A program made the translations under genes and the position numbers. The notes below the pieces were generated by a model that was given only the letters and a program-made list of their open reading frames with translations, did not search any database and was not told the origin of the DNA. Below, one piece after another: positions 38,032-49,255 of a DNA stretch of 64,000 bases. Source of the stretch: Clostridia bacterium (GTDB taxonomy: Bacteria > Bacillota > Clostridia > Christensenellales > DTU072); the NCBI GenBank assembly GCA_045601385.1, contig JAZRZM010000016.1:9962-73961 (forward strand), given 5' to 3'. Positions within the stretch are counted from its first letter, which is position 1. The number at the start of each line of letters is the position of its first letter.

Positions 38032-40872
38032 ATGGGTAAATTATTAAGACATTTGAAGCCGATGGCAAAGTATTTTGTCATAGTCGTTTTGCTGCTCGCT
38101 TGCGGAGCCATGGCAGAACTGTACCTACCCGGATTGATGGCGGATATTATTAACGACGGTATTTACCTCGATTATGAACCGGCATACGTACATCTGGAAA
38201 TGGAAAACCCGTTCGGGGATATTGATATCGATTTTGACAGTATGGTCTATAACGAAGGATATATCCCGGTGTTTGAAATGCAGGATGGCTTTACGACAAG
38301 CGATATCAAACGCGCATGGAACGATAAAGTCGCGGTCGGTTCGGTAAACCCGCATACGATTTTCCCGATCCAGTTTAACTTTAAGGAAATCCCCGTCAGC
38401 GACAGTGAACAACTGTTTAACGAAGTGCTGATTCCTTTTATGAACGCACTGGAAAAGGTTTCGTATAAAGAGACGGGACATACCGAGTATTCCGAATATA
38501 CAATGGAAGAAATCGCGAGGACAAAAGCCGCGTTTGAACTGCTCATCGACTACGAAAGCATTGCGCAGGGAACGGAAGGTACGATAGAACATGAATTGAG
38601 TAACACAAAAGAAATATATAACATCAATATCGATACTTTTTTGGAAATGTTCGATGAAGACGAAGAAGAAAGCGAAGACGACGAAGAAGATTCCGTTTGG
38701 GACGATCCGAATGCGAAAGCCTTGCTTACTTCTTGCGTCCTTTGCATGAAACACAGCAGAAACGGTAACTTGTTACCTATTCCCGTCGTAGCCGAACGCG
38801 ACGAAAACGGTTACGCCGTTACGGACGGAGACGGAAATTATAAGAAAAAGACCGATATTTTCGGTCAATATCTCCGCCTGCCGGTCGATACTTTCGGAGA
38901 ACCGGTCAACGTCGATCAAGTCGCGTATATTTACAATAAAGATACCGAAAGAGTCGAGCCTTTCCTTGACTACGAATTGGTTCTTTGTAACGATGTCGGC
39001 GGTTATTCTTATAAATATGTCAACGAAACGAAGTGGTATAAAAACCGCCTCGGGCGTTGCGACGAAGTAATCGAAGACGTCGTTGACAGTTATACGGCAA
39101 AAGAAGATAACAGTTTCTTCGGCAGAATCAAGGCTCGTTTCGTCGAGTTCGGCGACATCATTTCCCTCAGTAAGACGGGTTCGACGACAGCCGATCTCAG
39201 CCTGAAAGTGGAAAAGACGGTGGACGAATGGAAAGTCGCCGACGGTATCACCATTCAGACAAGTAACCTGCCTTTTATTTTGAAAAAAGGTCTTCTGATG
39301 TTTGCGATTACGTTCTTCTCGTCGGCATGCACGATCATCGCCATGCTTATGAGCAGTAAGATCGCGGCTTATTTCAGTAAGGTTCTTCGTAGTTTGGTGT
39401 TTAATAAAGTCGAGCATTATTCCTTGTCCGAATTCGACAAATTCAGCACGGCGAGTCTTGTCACGCGTTCGACCAACGATATCAACCAGATACAAAACGT
39501 CTTCCTTGTTATTTTGCGTACGACTTTGTCGGCACCGATTACGATCATCGGCGGCTTTATTTTCTCGTTCCGTACGAATACATATCTGACGCTCGTACTT
39601 ATTTACGTCCTGCCGATTTTGTTTGCGGCGGCGGCGGTCGCGGCGATTATTTGTCAGCCGTATTTCAAAGTCATTCAGAGAAAAGTCGACCAACTGACGC
39701 TGATCATGCGTGAAGGCATCACGGGTATACGCGTTGTCAGAGCGTTTAACAAACAAGAACACGAAAAAAAGAGGTTCGATATCGTCAACGAGAGCGTGTC
39801 AAAGACGGCTGTCGTTTTGCAACGGTATTGCGCCGCGTTGGTACCTCTTATCAATATCTGCCTGAACTGCTGTTCGGTCGGTATCTATTGGCGCGCGGCA
39901 CAACTTGTCGCGGGCGTGGTTCCCGGAGAATCGCTTGACGACGTCGCGAGTATGCTGGAAGTATCTCAATACATTACGCAGATCGCTATGGCAATGGTCT
40001 TTATTGCCAGTGCCGTCGTTATTTATCCGAGAGCGACGGCGAGTGCCGAACGTATCTTGCAGGTCTTGGAAACCGAGGTCAGAGTCAAAGACGAACCCGG
40101 TTGCGAAAACAAGGGCGATAACTCCGGTACAATCGAATTCCGTCACGTTAATTTCAAATACAGCGACGAAGCGGAAAAGAATATTCTCGAAGATATCAAC
40201 TTCAAGTGCGAAAAAGGAAAAACGACGGCTATTGTCGGCGGTACCGGGAGCGGAAAATCGACGATTATCAGTCTGATACCGCGTTTCTACGATATTACGG
40301 GCGGCAGTCTGCTTGTAGACGGACAAGAGGTGCGCACATATCCGCAAGCCGAACTTCGCAAAAAGATCGGTTTTGTCCCGCAAAGAAGCATTTTGTTCAG
40401 CGGAACCATCGCGGATAACCTGCGCTACGGGAAAGAGGACGCCACCGACGAAGAAATGTGGAAAGCCCTCCGTATCGCTCAGAGTGACACTTTTGTTAAA
40501 GAAAAAGAAGGACAACTCGAATATATGGTCGAGCAGGGAGGACAGAATTTCAGCGGCGGACAAAAACAGCGTTTGTCCATTGCCCGCGCCGTTACACGTC
40601 AGCCCGAGATCTATATATTCGACGATAGTTTCAGCGCGCTCGACTTCAAGACCGATAAGCGTCTGCGCGCCGCGCTTGAAGAGGTCACCAAAGAAAGCAT
40701 CGTTATTATCGTTGCGCAACGTATCGGTACGATTATGGGCGCCGACGAAATCATCGTTATGGATGACGGCAGAATGGTCGGTAAAGGCAAACACGAAGAT
40801 TTGATTCGGAATTGCCAACTGTACCGTGATATCGCCTTGAGCCAAATGAGCAAGGAGGAACTCGGATTATGA
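38032..40872 (+). CDS. heterodimeric ABC exporter subunit with large insertion after TM1
   Basis: LYLP.LMADII..GI; ASLVTRSTND; GGTGSGKS; NFSGGQKQR; FDDSFSALD/VAQR (degenerate site). Confidence 0.92.
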   Translation: MGKLLRHLKPMAKYFVIVVLLLACGAMAELYLPGLMADIINDGIYLDYEPAYVHLEMENPFGDIDIDFDSMVYNEGYIPVFEMQDGFTTSDIKRAWNDKVAVGSVNPHTIFPIQFNFKEIPVSDSEQLFNEVLIPFMNALEKVSYKETGHTEYSEYTMEEIARTKAAFELLIDYESIAQGTEGTIEHELSNTKEIYNINIDTFLEMFDEDEEESEDDEEDSVWDDPNAKALLTSCVLCMKHSRNGNLLPIPVVAERDENGYAVTDGDGNYKKKTDIFGQYLRLPVDTFGEPVNVDQVAYIYNKDTERVEPFLDYELVLCNDVGGYSYKYVNETKWYKNRLGRCDEVIEDVVDSYTAKEDNSFFGRIKARFVEFGDIISLSKTGSTTADLSLKVEKTVDEWKVADGITIQTSNLPFILKKGLLMFAITFFSSACTIIAMLMSSKIAAYFSKVLRSLVFNKVEHYSLSEFDKFSTASLVTRSTNDINQIQNVFLVILRTTLSAPITIIGGFIFSFRTNTYLTLVLIYVLPILFAAAAVAAIICQPYFKVIQRKVDQLTLIMREGITGIRVVRAFNKQEHEKKRFDIVNESVSKTAVVLQRYCAALVPLINICLNCCSVGIYWRAAQLVAGVVPGESLDDVASMLEVSQYITQIAMAMVFIASAVVIYPRATASAERILQVLETEVRVKDEPGCENKGDNSGTIEFRHVNFKYSDEAEKNILEDINFKCEKGKTTAIVGGTGSGKSTIISLIPRFYDITGGSLLVDGQEVRTYPQAELRKKIGFVPQRSILFSGTIADNLRYGKEDATDEEMWKALRIAQSDTFVKEKEGQLEYMVEQGGQNFSGGQKQRLSIARAVTRQPEIYIFDDSFSALDFKTDKRLRAALEEVTKESIVIIVAQRIGTIMGADEIIVMDDGRMVGKGKHEDLIRNCQLYRDIALSQMSKEELGL

Positions 40873-42794
40873 ACGAGAACGAAGAACAAATTGTCAAAGT
40901 AGAGACGGAGCGTACTTCCGCCGTTGGCAAAATGGACATGTCCGGCGCTTTCGGCGCGAGTTCCATTAACGTAGAAAAAGTCAAAGGTGCGGAAAATTTC
41001 GGAAAGACGGTATGGCGTTTGATTAAATACATGCGTCCCGAGATGTTTGCCTTGATAGCAATGATCCTTTTGAGCGCACTTGGAGCATGGTTTGCCGTAT
41101 GGGTGCCCGATATACTGAAAAAAGTCACCAATACTATGGTTGACGCAATACAGTATTTTAAGACGGATACCCTTCTTGACGACGGTTATATCGCGCGTGT
41201 ATGCTTGATAGCCGGCGGCTTATATTGCTTGAACGCCGTATTCCAATTCGTCAGCGGACTTGTCGCGGCAAGCATGGCGCAGCACGTCGTTCGCCGTATG
41301 CGTTACGATATAAAAATCAAACTGGATAAAGTGCCGATATCCTACTACGACGGGACGACGACGGGCGAAATTCTTTCCCGTCTTACCAACGACGTAGAAC
41401 TTGTTTCGGTCACTTTGCAAGACACCATTAACCAGGTTATTACCGTTGTTACCACGGTAGCCGGCGTTATATTTATGATGGCGCGTCTTGACTGGCTGAT
41501 GGCGATCGTCACAGTGTGCAGTGTGCCTATCCTGCTTGTCGTATCCAGCCTTGTCATCAAGAAGAGCCAAAAAGAGTTTGCCAAGCAGCAACAGTTGATC
41601 GGTAAACTGAACGGACATATCGAAGAAATGTACGCAGGTCACCGCGTCGTCATGCTGTACAATCATGAAAACGACAGTATTGCCGAATTTGAAAAGACCA
41701 ATGCCGAATTGCTTCGCGCGACAAGAAAAGCGCAGTTCCTTGCCGGTATCATCTTGCCGATTATTAAATTGATAAACAATATAACCTATGTCAGCATCTG
41801 CGTGCTTGGCGGTTACCGTGCCGGTTTGGGGCTTATCAGTATCGGCGATATTCAGGCTTGTATCCAGTATACAAAGCAGTTTGCGCAGCCTGTCGAAAAT
41901 ATCAGTAATATCGCCAGTACCATTCAGTCTTCTATTGCCAGTGCCGAACGTGTTTTCAAAATGTTCGACCTTGCCGAACAGTCGCACGAAACGGTACATA
42001 CCGACGTTTCGTCCTTTACCGGAGAAGTCGATTTCAAACACGTTGCGTTCAGTTATACCGAAGATAAACCGCTTATTACCGACTTGAACCTGCATGTCAA
42101 CGCGTGCGACAGTATCGCTATCGTCGGACCTACCGGTGCCGGTAAAACGACTTTGGTCAACTTGCTTATGCGCTTCTACGAACTGAATAAAGGCGAAATA
42201 CTTGTTGACGGACATAATATTCAGCAATTACACCGTGACGATCTGCGCAGTATGTTCGGTATGGTTTTGCAGGAAACGTGGCTTTTCAAAGGAACCGTCG
42301 CCGAAAATATCGCGTACGGGAATGAGTTTGCAACCCGCGAAGATATTATTGTCGCCGCCAAAAAGGCGCATGCGCACGAATTTATCGAAAGTATGGAACA
42401 CGGTTACGATACCGTGCTGAACGACGACGCAAGCAATATTTCGCAAGGTCAAAAACAACTTTTGACCATTGCCCGTGCGATTTTGTCCGATCCGAAGATC
42501 ATAATTTTGGACGAAGCGACAAGTTCGGTTGATACGCGTACCGAAAAATACGTGCAGAGCGCAATGCTCGCCATGATGGAAGGTAAGACGAGTTTTGTTA
42601 TCGCGCACAGACTTTCGACGATTAAGCACGCCAAAGTTATTCTTGTCATGAATCACGGCGACGTTGTCGAACAGGGCGATCACGAAACCTTGATGGCAAA
42701 AGGCGGTTTTTATCACGACCTTTACCTTTCGCAATTCCAAGGACAGAAAGAGGGAGAGCCGACCGAAGACGGAACGGGCTTTATCCAAACCTGA
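40869..42794 (+). CDS. heterodimeric ABC exporter subunit
   Basis: GEILSRLTND, GPTGAGKT, ISQGQKQLL, LDEATSSVD, IAHRLSTI. Confidence 0.95.
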   Translation: MNENEEQIVKVETERTSAVGKMDMSGAFGASSINVEKVKGAENFGKTVWRLIKYMRPEMFALIAMILLSALGAWFAVWVPDILKKVTNTMVDAIQYFKTDTLLDDGYIARVCLIAGGLYCLNAVFQFVSGLVAASMAQHVVRRMRYDIKIKLDKVPISYYDGTTTGEILSRLTNDVELVSVTLQDTINQVITVVTTVAGVIFMMARLDWLMAIVTVCSVPILLVVSSLVIKKSQKEFAKQQQLIGKLNGHIEEMYAGHRVVMLYNHENDSIAEFEKTNAELLRATRKAQFLAGIILPIIKLINNITYVSICVLGGYRAGLGLISIGDIQACIQYTKQFAQPVENISNIASTIQSSIASAERVFKMFDLAEQSHETVHTDVSSFTGEVDFKHVAFSYTEDKPLITDLNLHVNACDSIAIVGPTGAGKTTLVNLLMRFYELNKGEILVDGHNIQQLHRDDLRSMFGMVLQETWLFKGTVAENIAYGNEFATREDIIVAAKKAHAHEFIESMEHGYDTVLNDDASNISQGQKQLLTIARAILSDPKIIILDEATSSVDTRTEKYVQSAMLAMMEGKTSFVIAHRLSTIKHAKVILVMNHGDVVEQGDHETLMAKGGFYHDLYLSQFQGQKEGEPTEDGTGFIQT

Positions 42795-42936
42795 CGACGG
42801 TTTTTGTCGGATAAATAAAACGGAGCGCACGAAAAAAATCGTGCGCTTTTTTTTGTCGCCGACAAGTTTTTGTTTGAAAAACTTTTTTGATTGTGCTATA
42901 ATCACAGTATCAAAAGAAAAGGGGATAAAGTTTTTT

Positions 42937-44091
42937 ATGACTACGTTTTTTACTGAAGTTTTTGACACTCCCTCTCCGGTCGCTCCGCTTGGTTTGATTG
43001 TTATGGAAGGCGCTCGCAAAATGGGCGAAAAGGTCGATACGTATTTGACCAACTGGTACAATCGCGACCTGTCGAATCATCATCGTGAATTCGTACAACG
43101 TGACACCTTTATTTTGAAGTCGTCTTGTCCCCGTTTTACTTCCGGCGACAGCAAGGGTATCATTTCCGACAGTGTGCGCGGTATGGACCTTTATATCCTG
43201 TGCGACGTCGGCAATTACAGTTTGGAATATGAATTGCCCGGCGGCACCAATCACATGTCCCCCGACGATCATTATGCCGACCTGAAACGTCTTATTTCGG
43301 CGGCAGGCGGAAAAGCCGAACGTATTACCGTGATTATGCCCATTCTTTATGGCGGACGTCAGCATCGTCGTAATTCGCGCGAGTCCCTTGACTGTGCGCA
43401 GATGTTGCAAGAATTATACGCGATGGGCGTCAACGAAATCGTTACGTTCGACGCGCACGATCCGCGCGTTCAGAATGCCGTCCCTCTGATGGGCTTTGAC
43501 AATTTCTTCGCAACGTATCAAATTCTGAAAGCGCTGAAAAATAAATTCCCCGAACAGAAACTCGATAAAGATAACTTTATGATCGTATCTCCGGACGAAG
43601 GGGCGATGAACCGCAATATTTACTACGCGTCTGTTCTCGGCGTCGATCTCGGTATGTTCTATAAACGCAGAGATTATACGACGATCGTCAACGGCAGAAA
43701 TCCGATTGTGAGTCACGACTATATCGGCACAAGCGTCAAAGGAAAGGACGTCTTTGTTGCGGACGATATTATCGCGACGGGCGATTCTATGCTGAAATTA
43801 TGTAATCATCTGAAAGCCGACGGCGCAAATAAAATTTTCCTCAACGCCACGTTCTCGCTTTTTACCGAGGGCGTCGATAAATTCCAAAAAGCATACGACG
43901 ACGGCTTGTTTACCGCTGTTATGAGTACCAACCTTACGTACGTGCGCCCCGACGTTGTCGAAAAAGAGTGGTTTGTACAAGCCGATTTAAGTAAGTATAT
44001 CGCTTACATTGTCGCTTATTGTAATCAAAATAAATCGGTTGCCGATCTTCTGTCTTGTTCGGACAGAATCAACCGCCTGCTTGGAAGATAA
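42937..44091 (+). CDS. prs: ribose-phosphate pyrophosphokinase
   Basis: SVRG.D.YI, MP.LY.GRQH.R..RE, VSPDEG, DDIIATG. Confidence 0.92.
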   Translation: MTTFFTEVFDTPSPVAPLGLIVMEGARKMGEKVDTYLTNWYNRDLSNHHREFVQRDTFILKSSCPRFTSGDSKGIISDSVRGMDLYILCDVGNYSLEYELPGGTNHMSPDDHYADLKRLISAAGGKAERITVIMPILYGGRQHRRNSRESLDCAQMLQELYAMGVNEIVTFDAHDPRVQNAVPLMGFDNFFATYQILKALKNKFPEQKLDKDNFMIVSPDEGAMNRNIYYASVLGVDLGMFYKRRDYTTIVNGRNPIVSHDYIGTSVKGKDVFVADDIIATGDSMLKLCNHLKADGANKIFLNATFSLFTEGVDKFQKAYDDGLFTAVMSTNLTYVRPDVVEKEWFVQADLSKYIAYIVAYCNQNKSVADLLSCSDRINRLLGR

Positions 44092-44107
44092 GCGTCCTTT
44101 TTGTTAT

Positions 44108-44719
44108 ATGTCGCGGAAAAACATCTTCCTTGTTTTTGCGTTTGTTTGTATCGGTTTGCTTCTTGCCGCGTCCGCTCCGGCAGGGATGCGCGCATGGATT
44201 TTATTGCCCGATACAAAAGTATACGGCGAGCCGTCAACGGAAAGCGAAACGCTCATTGTACTGAAACAAAACGAAAGTGTTGCGTTAATCGGCGAAACGA
44301 CGGAAGTTGGCGGAGTTGTTTGGCAAAAAATATGTTATAACGACGCCGTAGAAGGTTTCGTTCCGTATAACCTATTGTATTTTACCGGTTCTTCTTACAC
44401 AAAGAAGGTCCGTTTTGCGCAAATATCGCCTAAAAAAATGGGAGAAGAGGTGCCTTTACGAAAGACCGTCACAGGAGACGACGTGCTTTTCTTACATGAC
44501 GGACAAAGTGTGCTGAAAGTGGAGACCGATATCGATTACGGGGCATATTCCCAAGTAGAATATCAAGGCGAAATCTATTTTGTTCAAACGGAATTTTTGA
44601 CCGAAAAAGCGACGTTGAATCAAAAGGTATCTATTGTTTTTATCGTTATAGCCATTGTGATAGTCATCGCCGCGCCGGTTTTGTTCGTTTTGCGCAGAAA
44701 AAAAGGCTTGAAAAAATAA
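44108..44719 (+). CDS. secreted, C-terminally membrane-anchored SH3b-like protein
   Basis: Signal peptide; VY.EPS..S......WQKI.Y....GFV; C-terminal TM plus RRKK. Confidence 0.6.
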   Translation: MSRKNIFLVFAFVCIGLLLAASAPAGMRAWILLPDTKVYGEPSTESETLIVLKQNESVALIGETTEVGGVVWQKICYNDAVEGFVPYNLLYFTGSSYTKKVRFAQISPKKMGEEVPLRKTVTGDDVLFLHDGQSVLKVETDIDYGAYSQVEYQGEIYFVQTEFLTEKATLNQKVSIVFIVIAIVIVIAAPVLFVLRRKKGLKK

Positions 44720-44760
44720 TCGGCGGTCACATTACGCTCTGTTTGTCCGTATAATGCAAT

Positions 44761-45345
44761 GTGATTATCCGTTGCGTTATTCTTGATAAATTGTATCCGA
44801 TCGATTTTTCATTTTTGAGTGAAGATACCCTTTTTTTAACGGTTACCGAAGAAATAACGCCAAAAAACTTTTTATATTTATATCGTTTCTGTTGTTCATA
44901 TTCCGATAAGAACAAGTGTAAAATATTTGCATACGGTTTTTATGCTTCAAAACCGCATTATCGTACGATTATTTTTGAAAACGGAGAAGTCAGATGCGTT
45001 TCCGGGGATTCCGAGGAAGGGGAGGAACGGAAAAAAGTATATAAAAAGGTCGGCGTCCTTTGCCGTAACGAATGGCTGTGTCCGTATTCGTATAATCTCT
45101 TTGCCGCGGGCGCGGAAATGGTCGCGTGCCAAAGCACCGAGCCTTTTTTGAAAGAGTATTTCGGGACGGTGCATGCTATCAAGAATCGACACTGCGGCAC
45201 TTTTCTCCTTGTTTTTTCCGATATTGTTTTGGTCGTGGATGACTCGGTTCGCATTCTGAGATCGGGAGAAACGTTGTCGATTGATACGGCGGGACGGAAA
45301 GGGTGTGTTCCCGAAGCGTTTTTGACAATAAACGTAATTGAATAA
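44761..45345 (+). CDS. hypothetical protein, possibly degenerate carbon-nitrogen hydrolase fold
   Basis: Fills the intergenic gap; KVGVLC..EW..P......AGAEMV resembles the nitrilase segment. Confidence 0.5.
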   Translation: MIIRCVILDKLYPIDFSFLSEDTLFLTVTEEITPKNFLYLYRFCCSYSDKNKCKIFAYGFYASKPHYRTIIFENGEVRCVSGDSEEGEERKKVYKKVGVLCRNEWLCPYSYNLFAAGAEMVACQSTEPFLKEYFGTVHAIKNRHCGTFLLVFSDIVLVVDDSVRILRSGETLSIDTAGRKGCVPEAFLTINVIE

Positions 45346-45466
45346 TGCGTGCTTATTTTTGCATTTTCCGTTGTTTTTTTTAATAAACGGACATAATATG
45401 TTTGCATATTGTGCGTTTTAGTGCTATAATAAATGCAATAAAAATTTTATCCCGCAGGAGGATTGC

Positions 45467-46786
45467 ATGAACAAACTTACTATTCGCGACGTTGATGTAC
45501 AAGGTAAAAAGTGTTTGGTCAGATGTGACTTTAACGTGCCTATGAAAGACGGCGTTATCACCGATGAAAATCGTATAAACGGTGCCCTTCCCACGATCAA
45601 GTATCTGATGGAAAAAGGCGCAAAAGTTATCCTTTGCTCTCATATGGGCAAACCGCATAATATTTTCACACCCGGTTTCGGCTTGACCAAAAAAGAAAAG
45701 AAAGCCATCGCCGAATTGCCCGAAGATCAGCAGGCACAGGCAAAAGCGGACGCTATCGCTAAGGCGCTCAAATCCGATCCGAAAAAGTTTACCTTAAAGC
45801 CGGTTGCCGATCGTCTTAATGAATTGTTGGGCGGAAAGGTAGCCTTTGCTACCGATATCGTGGGAGATGACGCGCATGCCAAAGTGGCCGCCCTGAAAGA
45901 CGGCGAATGCGTCTTGCTCGAAAACACCCGTTTTGACGCAGGCGAAGAAGGGCGCGACGAAGCGTTCTGCAAAAAACTCGCCGATTTTTGCGATATCTTT
46001 GTAAACGACGCATTCGGGACGGCTCACCGTTCTCACGCGTCCACCGCGGCTATCGTCGAATACGGTTTTGCCAAAACGGCGGTTTGCGGTTTCCTGATCG
46101 AAAAAGAACTTTCCGTTATGGCGGACGCTCTTGATAATCCCGTTCGTCCGTTTGTCGCTATTCTCGGCGGCGCAAAGATCGCCGATAAACTCAACGTTAT
46201 CGATAATCTTCTTAATAAGTGCGATTCCCTCGTCATCGGCGGCGGCATGTCCTATACCTTTATGAAAGCGCAGGGCAAAGAAGTCGGCACTTCCCTTGTT
46301 GACGACGAAAAAATCGGCTATTGCCTCGACATGATCGAAAAAGCGAAGAAACTCGGCAAAAAACTGTATTTGCCGATTGACGCCGTTGTCGTAAAAGAAT
46401 TCCCGAATCCTATCGACGCGCCGATTGACGGCAAGAACGTGGATATCGACGCGATTCCCGCCGATATGATGGCGTGCGATATCGGCGAAAAGACTCAAAA
46501 ACTGTATGCCGACGTCGTGAAAGGCGCGAAGACCGTTATTTGGAACGGACCGATGGGCGTTTTTGAAAATCCCACTCTTGCCAAGGGTACGAACGCGGTT
46601 GCAAAAGCTCTTGCCGATGCCAAGGACGCTACGACGATCATCGGCGGCGGTGACAGCGCGGCTGCCGTTGCACAACTCGGTTATGCCGATAAGATGTCCC
46701 ATATATCTACCGGCGGCGGCGCTTCGCTCGAACTTTTTGAAGGAAAGGTTCTGCCCGGTATCGCTTGCTTGAATGAAAGAAAATAA
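45467..46786 (+). CDS. pgk: phosphoglycerate kinase
   Basis: [49 protein letters not shown]. Confidence 0.98.
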   Translation: MNKLTIRDVDVQGKKCLVRCDFNVPMKDGVITDENRINGALPTIKYLMEKGAKVILCSHMGKPHNIFTPGFGLTKKEKKAIAELPEDQQAQAKADAIAKALKSDPKKFTLKPVADRLNELLGGKVAFATDIVGDDAHAKVAALKDGECVLLENTRFDAGEEGRDEAFCKKLADFCDIFVNDAFGTAHRSHASTAAIVEYGFAKTAVCGFLIEKELSVMADALDNPVRPFVAILGGAKIADKLNVIDNLLNKCDSLVIGGGMSYTFMKAQGKEVGTSLVDDEKIGYCLDMIEKAKKLGKKLYLPIDAVVVKEFPNPIDAPIDGKNVDIDAIPADMMACDIGEKTQKLYADVVKGAKTVIWNGPMGVFENPTLAKGTNAVAKALADAKDATTIIGGGDSAAAVAQLGYADKMSHISTGGGASLELFEGKVLPGIACLNERK

Positions 46787-46822
46787 ATTTTTAATAACAT
46801 ACTATATAATAAGGAGAAAACT

Positions 46823-47569
46823 ATGAAGAAACCCATTATTGCCGGCAACTGGAAAATGAACAAAACCATGGCCGAAACGAAACAACTGATCGAAGACTTG
46901 AAACCGCTTGTCAAGGACGCTCAATGCGAAGTCGTTTGTTGTGTACCTTTTACCGACATCGTTACCGCACGCAAAGCGGCGCGTGGCAGCAATATCCAAA
47001 TCGGCGCTCAAAACGTGCACTGGGCGGAAAGCGGCGCGTTTACCGGAGAAATCAGCGCGAAAATGCTGAAAGAACTCAAAGTTCAATATGTTATTACCGG
47101 ACATAGCGAAAGAAGACAATACTTTGGAGAAACCGACGAAACCGTCAATCTCCGCACCAAAGCCGCTTTGAACGAAGGCTTGAAAGTCATCGTTTGCGTA
47201 GGAGAACTCCTTTCCGAAAGAGAAACGGGCAAGACGGCGGAAGTCGTTACCCGTCAGACGATCGGCGCTTTGAAAGATATCACCAAGCAAGAACTGAAAC
47301 GTATCGTTATCGCATACGAACCCGTCTGGGCAATCGGAACGGGCAAAACCGCTACGGCTCAGGACGCGAACGATACCATCAAGATTATCCGCAGAGCCGT
47401 TCGCAAACTGTACGGCAGAGCCAGCGCTTCTTCCCTCCGTATCCAATACGGCGGCAGCATGAATCCGCAAAACGCTCACGAATTGATGGCTATGCCTCAA
47501 ATCGACGGCGGCTTGATCGGCGGAGCAAGTCTGACTGCGGAAAAGTTTTCCAAGGTTGTTAATTACTAA
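46823..47569 (+). CDS. tpiA: triosephosphate isomerase
   Basis: AGNWKMN, GHSERR, AYEPVWAIGTG. Confidence 0.98.
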   Translation: MKKPIIAGNWKMNKTMAETKQLIEDLKPLVKDAQCEVVCCVPFTDIVTARKAARGSNIQIGAQNVHWAESGAFTGEISAKMLKELKVQYVITGHSERRQYFGETDETVNLRTKAALNEGLKVIVCVGELLSERETGKTAEVVTRQTIGALKDITKQELKRIVIAYEPVWAIGTGKTATAQDANDTIKIIRRAVRKLYGRASASSLRIQYGGSMNPQNAHELMAMPQIDGGLIGGASLTAEKFSKVVNY

Positions 47570-47636
47570 ACACTGAAACAGTAAGAAAAGGTGTCGAAAG
47601 CATTCGTTTTCGGCACTTTTTTCAATAAGGAGAAGT

Positions 47637-49169
47637 ATGAAAAAGTTTCACGGACTGATTATATTAGACGGCTTCGGCATCGGACAAAGAGACGAGGGCA
47701 ACGCGATTAAAGAAGCGGGTACGCCGTATTTCAACAGTTTAATCGCCAAGTATCCGCATACGCAAATCGGTGCTTCGGGCATGGACGTAGGTCTTCCCGA
47801 CGGTCAAATGGGAAACAGCGAAGTCGGTCACCTGAATATGGGTGCCGGTCGCGTCGTATATCAGGAATTGACCAGAATTACCAAGTCGATTAACGACGGC
47901 GATTTTTTTGAAAACGAAGCGATTTTGCACGCGATGCGTCACGCGCGTGACAACGGTAAAAAGTTCCACACGTGGGGACTTTTGTCGGACGGCGGTGTGC
48001 ATTCTCATCTCGAACACCTTTTTGCCATCGTCCGTATGGCGAAAAAAGAGGGGTTGAAAAACATTTATATACACTGCTTTTTGGACGGACGTGATGTGCC
48101 GCCGTCGAGCGGAGCCGACTATATCGCCAAATTACAGAGTTTTCTGAAAGAAGAAAAATTCGGTAAAATCGCCACCGTTACGGGACGTTTTTATGCAATG
48201 GACCGTGATAATCGTTGGGAAAGAGTGGAAAAGGCGTATAATATGCTGACATGCGGCGAGGGCGAACTTGTTACCGATCCCGTTCAGGCTGTCCGCGACA
48301 GTTATGCAAACGGCGTTACCGACGAATTCGTCACGCCGAAAGTCGTTACCCGTTGCGGCAAACCGGTTGCGCGCGTCGAAAAAGGGGACAGCGTGTTGTT
48401 CTTTAACTTCCGCCCCGATCGCGCAAGAGAAATTTCTCGCGCCTTCATTATGAAAGATTTTGACGGATTTGAAAGAAAAACGGGCTTTCTTGAACCGACA
48501 TACGTCGGTATGACGCAATACGACGCGACGTTTGCGCCTTATCTCGATACGGCTTTCAAACCGCAAAAACTCAATAATACGCTCGGAGAAGTTTTTGCGC
48601 AAAACGGTTTGAAACAACTCCGCATCGCCGAAACGGAAAAATACGCGCACGTTACGTTTTTCTTTAACGGCGGCGTGGAAATGCCGAATGAGAACGAGGA
48701 CCGTATTCTCGTGCCGTCTCCCAAGGTCGCCACGTACGACTTGCAACCCGAGATGAGCGCATACGAAGTGGCTGAAAAAGCCGCCGAACAAATAAAATCG
48801 GGCAAATATGACGCGATGATCCTTAATTTTGCCAACTGCGATATGGTCGGACATACAGGCATCTTTGACGCGGCGGTTAAAGCCGTTAAAGCGGTTGACG
48901 AATGTCTGAAAACCGTCATCGAAGCGATTTTGTCCGTAGGCGGAGACGCTATTGTTACCGCCGACCACGGGAACGCCGATAAAATGTACGAGGACGGCGG
49001 GAAAGAACCGTTTACCGCGCACAGTACCAATCCCGTTCCGCTTGTTGTCGTCAAAGACGGCGATATCACTTTACGGAAAGGCGGAGTTCTTGCCGACGTA
49101 GCGCCCACTTTGTTAAAGATGATGGGCGTCGATCAACCTGTCGAAATGACCGGAAAATCTCTTTATTGA
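47637..49169 (+). CDS. gpmI: 2,3-BPG-independent phosphoglycerate mutase
   Basis: ILDGFG, GQMGNSEVGH, AETEKYAHVT, TADHGN. Confidence 0.98.
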   Translation: MKKFHGLIILDGFGIGQRDEGNAIKEAGTPYFNSLIAKYPHTQIGASGMDVGLPDGQMGNSEVGHLNMGAGRVVYQELTRITKSINDGDFFENEAILHAMRHARDNGKKFHTWGLLSDGGVHSHLEHLFAIVRMAKKEGLKNIYIHCFLDGRDVPPSSGADYIAKLQSFLKEEKFGKIATVTGRFYAMDRDNRWERVEKAYNMLTCGEGELVTDPVQAVRDSYANGVTDEFVTPKVVTRCGKPVARVEKGDSVLFFNFRPDRAREISRAFIMKDFDGFERKTGFLEPTYVGMTQYDATFAPYLDTAFKPQKLNNTLGEVFAQNGLKQLRIAETEKYAHVTFFFNGGVEMPNENEDRILVPSPKVATYDLQPEMSAYEVAEKAAEQIKSGKYDAMILNFANCDMVGHTGIFDAAVKAVKAVDECLKTVIEAILSVGGDAIVTADHGNADKMYEDGGKEPFTAHSTNPVPLVVVKDGDITLRKGGVLADVAPTLLKMMGVDQPVEMTGKSLY

Positions 49170-49255
49170 GATTTTCCGACTAATTTTCAAAAAAATATTG
49201 CTTAATTGTCGGTTACATGTTATACTAATAAAGTAAGTACCGATCGGAGGAAATT

